Source: an uncultured Eubacteriales bacterium
GTDB lineage: Bacteria > Bacillota > Clostridia > Peptostreptococcales > JAAYPU01
Assembly: GCA_964553505.1 (NCBI GenBank)
Contig: CAZKKX010000001.1
Location: 2,243 to 66,242, forward strand
Length of the DNA stretch: 64,000 nt
Direction of reading: 5' to 3'
Shown here piece by piece: positions 30,042 through 39,558 of the stretch (positions within the stretch are counted from its first letter, which is position 1; every line of letters starts with the position of its first letter). The translations under genes were made by a program, and so were the position numbers. The notes under the pieces are model-generated. The model was not told the origin of the DNA and did not search any database. It saw only the letters and a list, made by a program, of their open reading frames with translations.

Positions 30042-31235
30042 CTAAGTCATCTTTTTTTGATTTTTACTACTCATATGTATAATTAATATATTAATACTTA
30101 TTAAAACAGGAATAATAATCAAAATGCTCCTTATGCTGAAATTGACAGAAATATATGTACCCATGATGGGAGAAATCATCCATCCCAAACTGCTTACAAA
30201 TCCTTGAACCCCAAACAAAGCACCTCTTTGATTGGGGTGTGTATGAAGCGCAGCCATAGACGTTATAATCGGTTCGATTCCTCCAATGAAGAAAAACATT
30301 AAGCCATACAAAGCTAAAAATAGATATAGTGAATCAATAAAGACCAGTGTAGCTGAAATCACAATACTGATAATCAACAGCTTTCTAATTAATATATATT
30401 TATCTGTTTTATCTCCAAGCTGGGAAATAGTAATACCTGCAACAGCTGTAGCCAAGCCGGTAATTCCGCTTATAATACCGGTAATACTGGCCGCCCCTAC
30501 TATCGTACCTAACTTTTCTTGAACATAAAGAGGCACAAATGGCACAAAAATAGTTCTAATAATCCTGGTAACAAACAAAGCTACAAGAAAATAAATAATA
30601 ATAAGTGAAACAACGGACTTAAATTCTGGGCCATATCCTTTCTTCTCGTTCACTTTTCCGTATGTTGTCTTGTCTTCTTTCAAAAAAAACAATACAAGTA
30701 AAAAACCAAGGAACATAAGAACAGCACCGATTATAAAGCTAAAGCGGATTCCAAATATTTCTGCTAAAATGCCTCCTAAAAAAGGACCTATCGAAAATCC
30801 TATAAAATTCGAAGAAGACATAAATCCCAGCGATTTTGACAGCTTATTCTCAGGTGTGTTTGCAGCTACAAAAGCATTAGATGCCGTCATAGTTCCTGTA
30901 AATAGTCCTTGTGCTCCTCTCAGTACAACAAGCTGCCAAACCTCTGAAGCAAACCCCATTCCGCCAATAATAAAGGACGCTGCGAACATAGCTCTAAGTA
31001 TCATAAGTTTTCTACCGTACCTGTCTGCTACAAAACCCCAGACCGGTGAAGCAATGGCCATGGTCACAGCAGGTGCCATGCTTAATATCCCTGTATATAT
31101 TTTAATACTGTAATCGTCTGTCACACCCATGTCCTGAATATAAAAAGACATAAAAGGTATCCCCAGACCAAAGCTTGATAAGGAAATTACCTGTGTAACC
31201 CAAAGTATATATAAATTAAATTTCCATCGTTCCAT
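30042..31235 (-). CDS. MFS transporter
   Basis: 397 aa, 12-TM pattern. The loop 2-3 motif GFVADRYGRKLM is typical of MFS proteins. Confidence 0.85.
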   Translation of the reverse strand: MERWKFNLYILWVTQVISLSSFGLGIPFMSFYIQDMGVTDDYSIKIYTGILSMAPAVTMAIASPVWGFVADRYGRKLMILRAMFAASFIIGGMGFASEVWQLVVLRGAQGLFTGTMTASNAFVAANTPENKLSKSLGFMSSSNFIGFSIGPFLGGILAEIFGIRFSFIIGAVLMFLGFLLVLFFLKEDKTTYGKVNEKKGYGPEFKSVVSLIIIYFLVALFVTRIIRTIFVPFVPLYVQEKLGTIVGAASITGIISGITGLATAVAGITISQLGDKTDKYILIRKLLIISIVISATLVFIDSLYLFLALYGLMFFFIGGIEPIITSMAALHTHPNQRGALFGVQGFVSSLGWMISPIMGTYISVNFSIRSILIIIPVLISINILIIHMSSKNQKKMT

Positions 31236-31328
31236 ATCTGCTACTTAAAATATTTCTAAATTTTTCCTCCATATATAATATTATCGTTTCATCTAAGAAT
31301 TTATAATCCATTAATCAATATATCCTAT

Positions 31329-31356
31329 TATATAAAAAGAAGCCTAAAGCGGCTTC
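31329..31356 (-). terminator. Terminator of the 28-codon micro-ORF
   Basis: Minus strand GAAGCC-gctttag-GGCTTC followed by TTTTTATATA. Confidence 0.65.
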
Positions 31357-31409
31357 CTAAAATTAATAAATTATGATATCACACAATCAATTATGTAATA
31401 TTAAACAAA

Positions 31410-31496
31410 TTAATAATGGTATTGAAATCCCCGCGAATATCCTATAATAATAAATAGTAAAATAATGCCCAGTATGGCAATATCAATAATATTCAT
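31410..31496 (-). CDS. 28-aa membrane micro-protein resembling the first TM helix of CvpA-family proteins
   Basis: GGAGGA lies 5 nt before the ATG. Translation is MNIIDIAILGIILLFIIIGYSRGFQYHY. It has its own promoter (31586-31614) and terminator. Below the ORF-track cutoff. Confidence 0.45.
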   Translation of the reverse strand: MNIIDIAILGIILLFIIIGYSRGFQYHY

Positions 31497-31585
31497 TGTG
31501 TCCTCCTATTTTTTAATAATATCCAATATCTATTGCCTTTAATTTTTAAACATTTCATAAAGACATTTGGAAGTCCACTAAAATC

Positions 31586-31614
31586 ATTGTATCATATAAT
31601 AAAAACTTGTCCAA
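31586..31614 (-). promoter_or_regulatory. Sigma-A-type promoter (TTGGAC-N17-TGaTACAAT) upstream of the micro-ORF
   Basis: On the minus strand: TTGGAC (31614-31609), a 17-nt spacer, and an extended -10 TGATACAAT (to 31586). This predicts a 5' UTR of about 80-90 nt. Confidence 0.5.
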
Positions 31615-31715
31615 TTACCGTGATATTTTTACTCCCTATATATACTACGTGTCAAGTTGTCGCAGGAAAAATATATTCTATATATTATATCTTTAACGCT
31701 ATAACCTTCTTGCTG

Positions 31716-32195
31716 TTACTTATGATAGGGTTCATTTTTTATAATTTTAAAGCTCCGATAAATTTGTTCCATTAAAATAATTCTCATAAGCTGGTGTGGA
31801 AAAGTCATCTGAGAAAAAGAAAGAATAAAATCTGATCTTTTTAGAATTTCTTCTGATAATCCCAAAGACCCGCCTATAATGAAAGCAATATTGCTTTTAC
31901 CTTGTATACCTAAAACCTCTAACTTTTTGGCCAATTTTTCTGAAGAAAGCTGTTTCCCCGTGATTTCCAAAGCAATAACATACATATCTTCTTTTATGCA
32001 TTTCAAAAGATTTTTCCCTTCTGCCTTTTTGACCATATCCTTTTCTGCTTCTGATAGATTTTCCGGTGCTTTTTCTTCTTTTACCTCATAAATTGACAGA
32101 TTGCAGTAATTATTTAACCTATTAATATATTCTTTAACACCATTCGACAAAAAACCCTTTTTTAATTTTCCAACACAATAAATAGATATATGCAT
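31716..32195 (-). CDS. rlmH: 23S rRNA (pseudouridine1915-N3)-methyltransferase RlmH
   Basis: SPOUT-family sequence with IAFIIGGSLGLS and TFPHQLMRIILMEQIYR motifs. 159 aa from ATG 32195. Confidence 0.92.
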   Translation of the reverse strand: MHISIYCVGKLKKGFLSNGVKEYINRLNNYCNLSIYEVKEEKAPENLSEAEKDMVKKAEGKNLLKCIKEDMYVIALEITGKQLSSEKLAKKLEVLGIQGKSNIAFIIGGSLGLSEEILKRSDFILSFSQMTFPHQLMRIILMEQIYRSFKIIKNEPYHK

Positions 32196-32286
32196 AATCT
32201 TTTCCTTCACTATTTTATCTTTTAAGTAACTGGCTATTATTAAAAAACTTAGCAGGAAAAAACCCTGCTAAGTTTTTGAACGCATA

Positions 32287-33486
32287 TTATATATCTATAG
32301 CCGCACTCAGTGTAATACTTACTTCTTGACTTCTTTTATCTCTTACGATCATTATATTTATAGTATCCCCGGGTCTGTATTGATATAGTTTACTGACTAA
32401 TTGAGACATATTTGTAATTTCTTTCCCATCTATACTGGTAATAATATCTCCTTCTTTAAGACCAGCTTTTGCAGCAGCGGAATCTGTGAATATTTGATAG
32501 ATATATACACCTTCCTCTACTCCGAGATCTACATCGAAGGTTTGCAGATATTGTTCAACATCAACACCTCTTATACCAATAACTGCTTTGCTAAATTCCC
32601 CTTTTTCTTTAAATTCATTGACAATCGGCTGAGCTATATTAATTGGAATTGCAAAGCCTAATCCTTCTCCGGACTGTATTTTAGCAGTATTGATTCCTAT
32701 TACCTGCCCCTTTTGATTTAATAATGGGCCCCCACTATTTCCCGGGTTAATGGATGCATCTGTCTGAATAAGTCCCTCAATGGATTCATAATTACTAATG
32801 GGTATGGTCCTATTTAATCCGCTTATGATTCCGGCTGTTACTGTCCTTTCAAACTGGAATCCTAACGGGTTGCCAATGGCAACAGCATATTGACCAACTT
32901 TGAGGTTATCAGAATCAGCAAGTTCTGCTGAATTTAGATTTTGTGCATCAATTTTAATTATTGCAAGATCAATGACAGAATCATTCCAGAGGAGTTCTCC
33001 CGCAAGCTCTCGACCGTCATGAAGAAGTACTGTAATATCAGTCATATCTCCATTATTTACAACATGCGAGTTCGTTAAAATATAGCCATTTTTGTCAACA
33101 ATAACACCTGTTCCGACTCCTTCGCCTCTTCTTTTCCCAAAAAAATCAGAATATACAATCTCTGTGGATATTCCAACAACTGAAGGCATAACTTTTTCTG
33201 CAACTGCTGCAGCTGCGTCTAATGGAACATTGTTTGTCTGTATAAGTATATTATTTGGAGTCTGCTCCTCTATATCCTCTACTTCTAAAAGAGGCAGAAC
33301 AAAATACGATAGCGCTCCGCCAATCAAACCAAAAACCAGCGATAAGATGATAAGCGTAACTATAGAAATACTTCTATTATTCTTTCTTTTACTGTTTTCC
33401 ATGATCATTTTATCATAGTTATTAACTTTGTCTTCGTTAAGAAGATGCTTTATTGCATCTTGATCGTTATTATCAAAATGATCCAT
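32287..33486 (-). CDS. HtrA/DegP-family serine protease with N-terminal TM anchor and C-terminal PDZ domain
   Basis: Catalytic motifs TNSHVV, D(L)AIIKI and GNSGGPL. The PDZ region contains LKEGDIITSIDGKEI. The start overlaps the walJ stop. Confidence 0.9.
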   Translation of the reverse strand: MDHFDNNDQDAIKHLLNEDKVNNYDKMIMENSKRKNNRSISIVTLIILSLVFGLIGGALSYFVLPLLEVEDIEEQTPNNILIQTNNVPLDAAAAVAEKVMPSVVGISTEIVYSDFFGKRRGEGVGTGVIVDKNGYILTNSHVVNNGDMTDITVLLHDGRELAGELLWNDSVIDLAIIKIDAQNLNSAELADSDNLKVGQYAVAIGNPLGFQFERTVTAGIISGLNRTIPISNYESIEGLIQTDASINPGNSGGPLLNQKGQVIGINTAKIQSGEGLGFAIPINIAQPIVNEFKEKGEFSKAVIGIRGVDVEQYLQTFDVDLGVEEGVYIYQIFTDSAAAKAGLKEGDIITSIDGKEITNMSQLVSKLYQYRPGDTINIMIVRDKRSQEVSITLSAAIDI

Positions 33487-34306
33487 AGTAACACCTCTCT
33501 TTTTTTGTTATGCTGTAAACCTTACTAATCTGCTCCCGAAGAGCCGTATGTAAAAGTACGTCTTTTCCAATATAAAAACGCTCTTCTTCAAGAATGTTTT
33601 TTATTGTCTGGTACGCCATTTCCGGAAAATTATTTTCACGACTCAAATGGGCAAGCAGTATTTGTCTTTCTTTATTATCTTTTTTTAATAAATTGATAAT
33701 CGTTTTTCCTGCATCTATATTTGATAAATGCCCTTTACTGCTTAAGATACGCTGCTTAAGATACCAAGGGTACCGACCCATCTTAAGCATTTCGATATCA
33801 TGATTAGCTTCTAATACTAGAAAATCAGCATTTGATATTTCACTAAATACACCTGTTGTCATCTTTCCAATGTCTGTAGCAATACTGACTTGACGGTCAT
33901 CCTTATAAAAGGAAAACCCTACCGGATCTGCCGCATCGTGAGGAATAGTATAAGTTTTTATAATAAAATCATTTAGCTCAAAGTATTCTCCTGTAGTAAA
34001 AACTTTTCTATTATGTTTTTCAATTCGACCAATTCCCCCTTTCATCATCTCCCATGTTTTAGCATTTGCATAAATAGGAATATCATTCTTTCGGGAGATG
34101 ATTCCTGCACCCTTCACATGGTCAATGTGCTCATGTGTAATTAATAGCGCTGTTATTTCCCGGGCATCCACTCCAATATTGGCAAGCCCTTGCATAATTC
34201 TTTTTCCGGAAATACCGGCATCTAAAAGTATTTTTGTTTCGTTGGACGCAAGATAATAGCAGTTCCCACTGCTTCCGCTTGCAATTGAACAAAATAGTAA
34301 ATCCAT
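33473..34306 (-). CDS. walJ: MBL-fold metallo-hydrolase WalJ/YycJ-like
   Basis: HxHxDH motif (ITHEHIDHVKG). Position between yycI and htrA, as in the Bacillus wal operon. Start at ATG 34306 behind GGAGGA. Confidence 0.8.
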   Translation of the reverse strand: MDLLFCSIASGSSGNCYYLASNETKILLDAGISGKRIMQGLANIGVDAREITALLITHEHIDHVKGAGIISRKNDIPIYANAKTWEMMKGGIGRIEKHNRKVFTTGEYFELNDFIIKTYTIPHDAADPVGFSFYKDDRQVSIATDIGKMTTGVFSEISNADFLVLEANHDIEMLKMGRYPWYLKQRILSSKGHLSNIDAGKTIINLLKKDNKERQILLAHLSRENNFPEMAYQTIKNILEEERFYIGKDVLLHTALREQISKVYSITKKERCYYGSF

Positions 34307-34441
34307 GCTGTCCTCCATTTTCCAAAGCCTATTATATTATAAAAACAAATTTAAAACAATTGTGTGATTTATTACAAAACAATAAAAATGCACTATCTCA
34401 ATGCATTTTTATCAGCAAACATTTAATATTCAAAACAATCA

Positions 34442-35182
34442 TTAATCTTCATATGCATTAATGTATTTTTTTTCGTCATTATTATAAGTTATTTTCCAAG
34501 CAGGAAGAGCTGTATCTAAAGTTGTGTTCTCCATATTGAACATCGAATTATCCTCTAACCAGTATACTAAGTCGATACCTGTGATAACCGTTTCTTCATT
34601 CAGATTTTCTTTCTTTATGGCAAACTTCATTAATGCTGTTGTAGCAGGAATAGTTTTCTTTTTGTTTTCTCCGGGTTTTATTGGATAATACCACTCCCGT
34701 TCAAAATTTACGATTTTGCCATTATTTATTAAAATGCTCATATAGCATTCTTCTAATAAAATATCTTTATAATAATTTTTATAAACAATTGAGTATCCGT
34801 CTACTTCCTTCTTTATGCTATCCAAATGAACATTATTATTCATCAAATTGTTTCGATCTAAAAATTTTTTAGTTAATTTAACCGCTTCATCCTCCGACAG
34901 ATTTCTATTTAGCTTGAACTCTTTTTCATTCATTGCTTTATCTATATTTTCAATCGAATAATCAAAGTATTCCACCTCAAGTACAGGCATTTTTTTCAAA
35001 TTTTGAGGAATCTTTGTATAAACATATATGTTCCTCTTATTAAGAAAATTTATGGTTTCCTCTATCACTTCTGAATGAACTTCTTGGTTACCTCTTTTTT
35101 CTATAATTACAAAAAAAGCAAGTGTTATGTTAGTCAAAATAAGAGCCGCTATTAAAATAGTCTTTGCTTTCGTCCAGTCCAT
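34442..35182 (-). CDS. yycI: YycI-like two-component regulatory protein
   Basis: N-terminus MDWTKAKTILIAALILTNITLAFF matches the recalled conserved YycI start (MDW-x-K-x-K...). Single TM plus an extracytoplasmic domain, 246 aa. Synteny supports the call. Confidence 0.7.
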   Translation of the reverse strand: MDWTKAKTILIAALILTNITLAFFVIIEKRGNQEVHSEVIEETINFLNKRNIYVYTKIPQNLKKMPVLEVEYFDYSIENIDKAMNEKEFKLNRNLSEDEAVKLTKKFLDRNNLMNNNVHLDSIKKEVDGYSIVYKNYYKDILLEECYMSILINNGKIVNFEREWYYPIKPGENKKKTIPATTALMKFAIKKENLNEETVITGIDLVYWLEDNSMFNMENTTLDTALPAWKITYNNDEKKYINAYED

Positions 35183-35192
35183 AGGTCATCTC

Positions 35193-36686
35193 CTATCTTA
35201 ATGCTTTCCAGTCTATCGGATTTCCTGATCGTGCATCAAAGAAAAATTCATATTTATCTGTAGTAAAAATCCATACGGGAATCAACTGTATCTCTTCTTC
35301 GTAATGCCTTCTTTCATAAGATAAATACCCAACATCAACCCTATATATAAGCCCGACAACTTCATTAAATATTTCTAATTTTGATTTTTCTCCAAAGTCA
35401 TAACCTTCTTTTATATAGGCTTCTTTTATATATTCATAACTATTGTTTAATATGTTGACCGTAGACATGACGTTACTCTCATAGTCCTGATTACTGTTGG
35501 TCATAAACTGAAGAGTATCTTTCTGATCTAAAAGATATCTTTTATAATAAGTTATCTGATTACCTATTACTTCTACTTCCAATGCGCTGTTATTCCCTTG
35601 ATAAGAAACCGGATATCCATTTATGCGGTATTGAAAAATAAATCTATACCCTGTTTTATTATTCTTTTCAACAACAATGGAATCCTTTAAGTATGGATAA
35701 ATATTTGTACCGTTTAATGTTTTCCAATTACCATGATTTTTTATAAACTCTATCGCACTGGAGAGAGACTTTAAATAATCATTTGAGCTGTTATTCATAT
35801 CATTTATTTCTTGCTTGTATTCTAAAAACCCTCTGCTGTCTACAATAAACATTTTTTGCCCATATCCATACATATAAATAACCGTACCGTTTGTTTCAAC
35901 TATTTTCCTGACAAAATCAAAACTCTCACCGAAAAAAGTTTCTGCTATGGCATTTATTTTACCTGTTTCATAATAATGAATTTCCTGTTCTCCCGATATC
36001 TCTTGAACGCTATTTTTTAAAGAATGAGGCATTAGGTTATTGTTCTCAACACCAAAAAAAGTATTAATAGGATTATATATATCATAAACATTTCGTTTCT
36101 CTATTGTAGAAATTGGCTCTAAAACATCCTTATATTCCTTTTCACATATAATTTGATAATATTTTTTATTTTTATCATCATATATAAAAAAGCTTTCAGG
36201 ACTTACTTCAGAATATGCAGCAGAAGAAAAAATCTCAATGATTTCATTTGTCTGATTTTTATTGGCATTAATTATTTCTGCCATAGCATTGTACGGTATA
36301 TTAGAACCAAAATCAAATTTTACTGATTCATAGTTAAGGACTTCATTCCATTGGGACGGAAGTATTTCTTCAACGTAAATCTCTTGTTGTGATGCCTCAC
36401 GATATGCCGATATAAAATTTTGCCATACACTGTTAAAACCGGTATATAATACTGTATACTTGCCTCCTCCAAAATTAATACGAATTCGGAATGGTTCTAA
36501 AAAATCAGCAGTTGTATTAACGACTGCTTCTTCATTTTTTTCTTCAATATTCACAGCATTTAAAGAAAAATTATCTTTCTTGAACATGCTGTCTTCCCAT
36601 ATAAAATATAATAGTAGTATCGTGATACAAAACAATACTACTATTGATAAAGTTTTCATTTTCTCTTTTTCGGAAAATATCTTCAT
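35193..36686 (-). CDS. yycH: YycH-like two-component regulatory protein
   Basis: 497 aa with an N-terminal TM anchor (LSIVVLFCITILLLYFIW) and a large extracytoplasmic part. It lies immediately upstream of yycI-walJ-htrA. The call rests on architecture and synteny. Confidence 0.6.
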   Translation of the reverse strand: MKIFSEKEKMKTLSIVVLFCITILLLYFIWEDSMFKKDNFSLNAVNIEEKNEEAVVNTTADFLEPFRIRINFGGGKYTVLYTGFNSVWQNFISAYREASQQEIYVEEILPSQWNEVLNYESVKFDFGSNIPYNAMAEIINANKNQTNEIIEIFSSAAYSEVSPESFFIYDDKNKKYYQIICEKEYKDVLEPISTIEKRNVYDIYNPINTFFGVENNNLMPHSLKNSVQEISGEQEIHYYETGKINAIAETFFGESFDFVRKIVETNGTVIYMYGYGQKMFIVDSRGFLEYKQEINDMNNSSNDYLKSLSSAIEFIKNHGNWKTLNGTNIYPYLKDSIVVEKNNKTGYRFIFQYRINGYPVSYQGNNSALEVEVIGNQITYYKRYLLDQKDTLQFMTNSNQDYESNVMSTVNILNNSYEYIKEAYIKEGYDFGEKSKLEIFNEVVGLIYRVDVGYLSYERRHYEEEIQLIPVWIFTTDKYEFFFDARSGNPIDWKALR

Positions 36687-36697
36687 GTTTTTCGCCC

Positions 36698-37285
36698 CTA
36701 ATTTCCAAATATGCTTTTAATCAGACTCTCGAGGGCTTGAATCCCGTTATTTTTTTGATTATTAAATATTTCTGACTTCGGTCTGTCCTCAGGCCTTTCG
36801 CTTTTATCTTTTATTTCAAATTTTTTTAAAATAGTATAATTGGCAGAATTACTACTGTTTCCGGTCTCTTCAATTAAGATCTGATATTTACCAGGAATCA
36901 GTTTTTCCAATTGAAGCGTATAAAAACTAAATTCACCGGTTGTATTTACTTCCACCGGTCCGTATAGAATAACGTTATCAGATAATTCTTTTTCTTCTGT
37001 GCTTTCTGAGACAGTTATTGCCCCAGAAGAAAGCACAGTATGTATTTCTATATGATTTGTATCAACAATAGCATTGTCCGCATATAAAGTAAACCTAAAA
37101 GATTTTTCATTCTGGACCTTAACAGATATCAACAATATATCTGAATAAATAACATTTTCAGTCGGGCTGATTACTTCCAGTACATCAATTTTTTGGGTTT
37201 TTAAAGTATCATTTGCAAATCCAACAAGGGTTGTTGAAGCAATCATTACAACAATTATTAATATATATGTAATAGACCTTCTCAT
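36698..37285 (-). CDS. Secreted or anchored 195-aa hypothetical protein, first gene of the yycH operon
   Basis: Signal/anchor MRRSITYILIIVVMIASTTLVGFA and a beta-rich body. 11-nt gap to yycH. Confidence 0.5.
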   Translation of the reverse strand: MRRSITYILIIVVMIASTTLVGFANDTLKTQKIDVLEVISPTENVIYSDILLISVKVQNEKSFRFTLYADNAIVDTNHIEIHTVLSSGAITVSESTEEKELSDNVILYGPVEVNTTGEFSFYTLQLEKLIPGKYQILIEETGNSSNSANYTILKKFEIKDKSERPEDRPKSEIFNNQKNNGIQALESLIKSIFGN

Positions 37286-37487
37286 AATCTTTTCCTCCTA
37301 TCCCAGGCAGCTTAATTGAATTATATATAAGTTATATTACAAACTAATTACAGACGTTTTAAAATATATTTACATTAACAGGATATTTTTTAATATCATT
37401 TCTTATATAATACAGTAACACTTTTCTCTTATATTCATAATATATAATAAACTGTAAAAGTATACTATGCAAAATGGAGGGAAAGTT

Positions 37488-37697
37488 ATGAGTACTGAAA
37501 AACAAGGACTTCTTGGCGGATTAGGCGGTGACGATACATCATTACTATTTTTTTTCTTGTTGCTTGTTGTTCTTTTCTGTAACGTTGATTTTTTCGACAA
37601 AATCGGTGGAATTGGCAATGCAATAGGAGATGGCGACACAAGTTTGTTGTTCTTCTTCTTATTATTGGTCGTTCTTTTCTGCAATTGCGGCTTTTAA
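37488..37697 (+). CDS. 69-aa mini-protein with two identical 17-aa hydrophobic repeats (DTSLLFFFLLLVVLFCN)
   Basis: ATG 37488 lies 6 nt after GGAGGG. Repeats at 37533-37583 and 37635-37685 encode identical peptides, although 12 of 17 codons differ and every difference is synonymous. Confidence 0.7.
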   Translation: MSTEKQGLLGGLGGDDTSLLFFFLLLVVLFCNVDFFDKIGGIGNAIGDGDTSLLFFFLLLVVLFCNCGF

Positions 37698-37895
37698 AAA
37701 AAAGTTGTAATAAAAACATATTCAGAGTTTTAAGGGGCAGCCAGATGCTCCAAAACACTGGAAGTCCCTTAAAAAATCTTCTTTTGAAAAAATTTTAACC
37801 ATCATTCCTTTTTATATGTTTTTACATTAATTTTTTTGTTATAATCAACTATATCGATCTTATTACAAAGATACAAAAGGACTGAAGGTGGGAAA

Positions 37896-38444
37896 ATGAA
37901 TGTTGTAAAAATACATACCGATGGTGCCTGCTCAGGAAACCAGAACAAAGATAATGTTGGAGGCTGGGGTGCGCTTTTAGAATATGGTCCTCATTTAAAA
38001 GAAATTTATGGTGGAGAAATAAACACAACAAACAATCGTATGGAAATGAAAGCTTTGTTAAAAGCTATGGAAGCCTTAAAAAAAGATGATCTGAACATAT
38101 ATGTCTTTTCTGATAGTTCATACCTTATGAATTGTTTCAGAGAAAAATGGTACGAAAAATGGTTGAAGAATAACTGGACAACCTCTAATAAAACTCCTGT
38201 GGAAAATCAAGATTTATGGGAGCAACTCATAACGCATATAGAAAAACACCGTATCAACTTTTTCAGAATAAAAGGACATCTTAATCTGGACCATCCTAAC
38301 ACTGATATAAATAAATGGTATCAAAAATTTGTTAGTTGGAACGGAAATTTTTTCAACAAATCCGAGTTTGTTGAAATAGTTAAAATGAATCATCGTGCAG
38401 ATGAATTAGCAAACAAAGGAATCTGTGAAAATAAGAAAATTTAA
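37896..38444 (+). CDS. rnhA: Ribonuclease HI
   Basis: IHTDGACSGN, NNRMEMKA, VFSDSSY and HRADELA supply the DEDD catalytic residues. 182 aa with internal and C-terminal extensions. Confidence 0.88.
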   Translation: MNVVKIHTDGACSGNQNKDNVGGWGALLEYGPHLKEIYGGEINTTNNRMEMKALLKAMEALKKDDLNIYVFSDSSYLMNCFREKWYEKWLKNNWTTSNKTPVENQDLWEQLITHIEKHRINFFRIKGHLNLDHPNTDINKWYQKFVSWNGNFFNKSEFVEIVKMNHRADELANKGICENKKI

Positions 38445-38446
38445 TC

Positions 38447-39544
38447 TTAATTTATAAAATTTTCATCTTTTAATATTTCTATTTTATTATTGCTTCCTAT
38501 AACAACTCTTCCATTTGATAGCAACCCTGCCCAAACAATATCTTTTGTCAATTTTGTCTCTTCAATGGAAGAATTCTTAACAAAATACAGGGATCTGTCG
38601 CCATATAAAATTGTTTTACTTTTACTGGACTCTATTCCTTTAATGCTTCCGGTAACTGATTCTGACAATATGATTTCATTATCTTTTCCCAACAGGATAA
38701 TATTTGTCTTGCCTATTTCTGAAGAACATATAACGAGACCTTTCTTAAAAAAACTGTATTCTGCCCTATCAGCTACTATCCGTTTTTCCCATACGGTTTC
38801 CTTCTTTTTATTCATCTTTATAATTCTTTTATCGCCAACACATATTAATTCACCATTTTCAACAAGAAATACTGCTGGAAAAATTTCATTTTCAAAAATT
38901 TTCCCACTTTCAACTTGACCGTGAATATCTGCAAATAATATATTAGATTTGATGCCTTTTTCATATGTAATTATTGATATTGCAACCGTATTTTCCAATG
39001 AATCTATTGAATAATCAACTATGCTGCCATCTTTAATTCCTTTTATGCTTCCTGTTTCCATGCCATTTTCATCAAAAAAAATCAAATTTTCTGTTCCATC
39101 TTTTTCTCTGACATGAAAACCTATATACCCCCCTCTACTATCTTGCTTAATACTTAGAATCTCTTGAGGAAAATATATTTCATTACAAATATCACCAGAC
39201 AATTCAGCAATATAGGTTTTTTGTTTTTTTATATCTGTTACAAAAATCATATTTCCCACTTTATTAAGCATTGTTTCTGAAAAATCTCCAGAAAAAGTAT
39301 GGCGGTTAGTCTCATTTTCCATATGAATCGTCAATTCATTATTTTCTAAAATAATAATATTGTTATTAATTAATGTATGTTTATAATCTGTTTTCTTCGT
39401 ATTTATCGTCTTTTGAACTTCATAAGAATTTCCTTTGGAAAAATCTAAAACATAAAAGATTAATGTGCCTATTAATATAATAAATACGAAAAAAGATAAA
39501 AAAAATCTTTTTTTTGCTTTTTTCTTTCTCCTCTTCATGCCCAA
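38447..39544 (-). CDS. Membrane-anchored beta-repeat protein (recalled as DUF5711-like), function unknown
   Basis: Basic N-terminus plus a TM helix (FFLSFFVFIILIGTLIFYVL), followed by about 320 aa of repetitive beta-strand-like sequence. 14-nt gap after the PP2C gene. Confidence 0.5.
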   Translation of the reverse strand: MGMKRRKKKAKKRFFLSFFVFIILIGTLIFYVLDFSKGNSYEVQKTINTKKTDYKHTLINNNIIILENNELTIHMENETNRHTFSGDFSETMLNKVGNMIFVTDIKKQKTYIAELSGDICNEIYFPQEILSIKQDSRGGYIGFHVREKDGTENLIFFDENGMETGSIKGIKDGSIVDYSIDSLENTVAISIITYEKGIKSNILFADIHGQVESGKIFENEIFPAVFLVENGELICVGDKRIIKMNKKKETVWEKRIVADRAEYSFFKKGLVICSSEIGKTNIILLGKDNEIILSESVTGSIKGIESSKSKTILYGDRSLYFVKNSSIEETKLTKDIVWAGLLSNGRVVIGSNNKIEILKDENFIN

Positions 39545-39558
39545 TCCGACCCTTTTCC

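Noticed and set aside
23660-31500. Genomic island integrated at tRNA-Lys.
   Set aside because: No integrase, recombinase or transposase ORF. I could find no direct repeat of the tRNA 3' end. Gene content (che genes, transporters) and composition look native.
37403-37758. Two long minus-strand ORFs (93 and 90 aa) opposite the repeat mini-protein.
   Set aside because: They are Lys/Arg-rich shadows of the Phe/Leu-rich + strand frame and lack RBSs. The synonymous-only divergence pattern fits the + strand frame.
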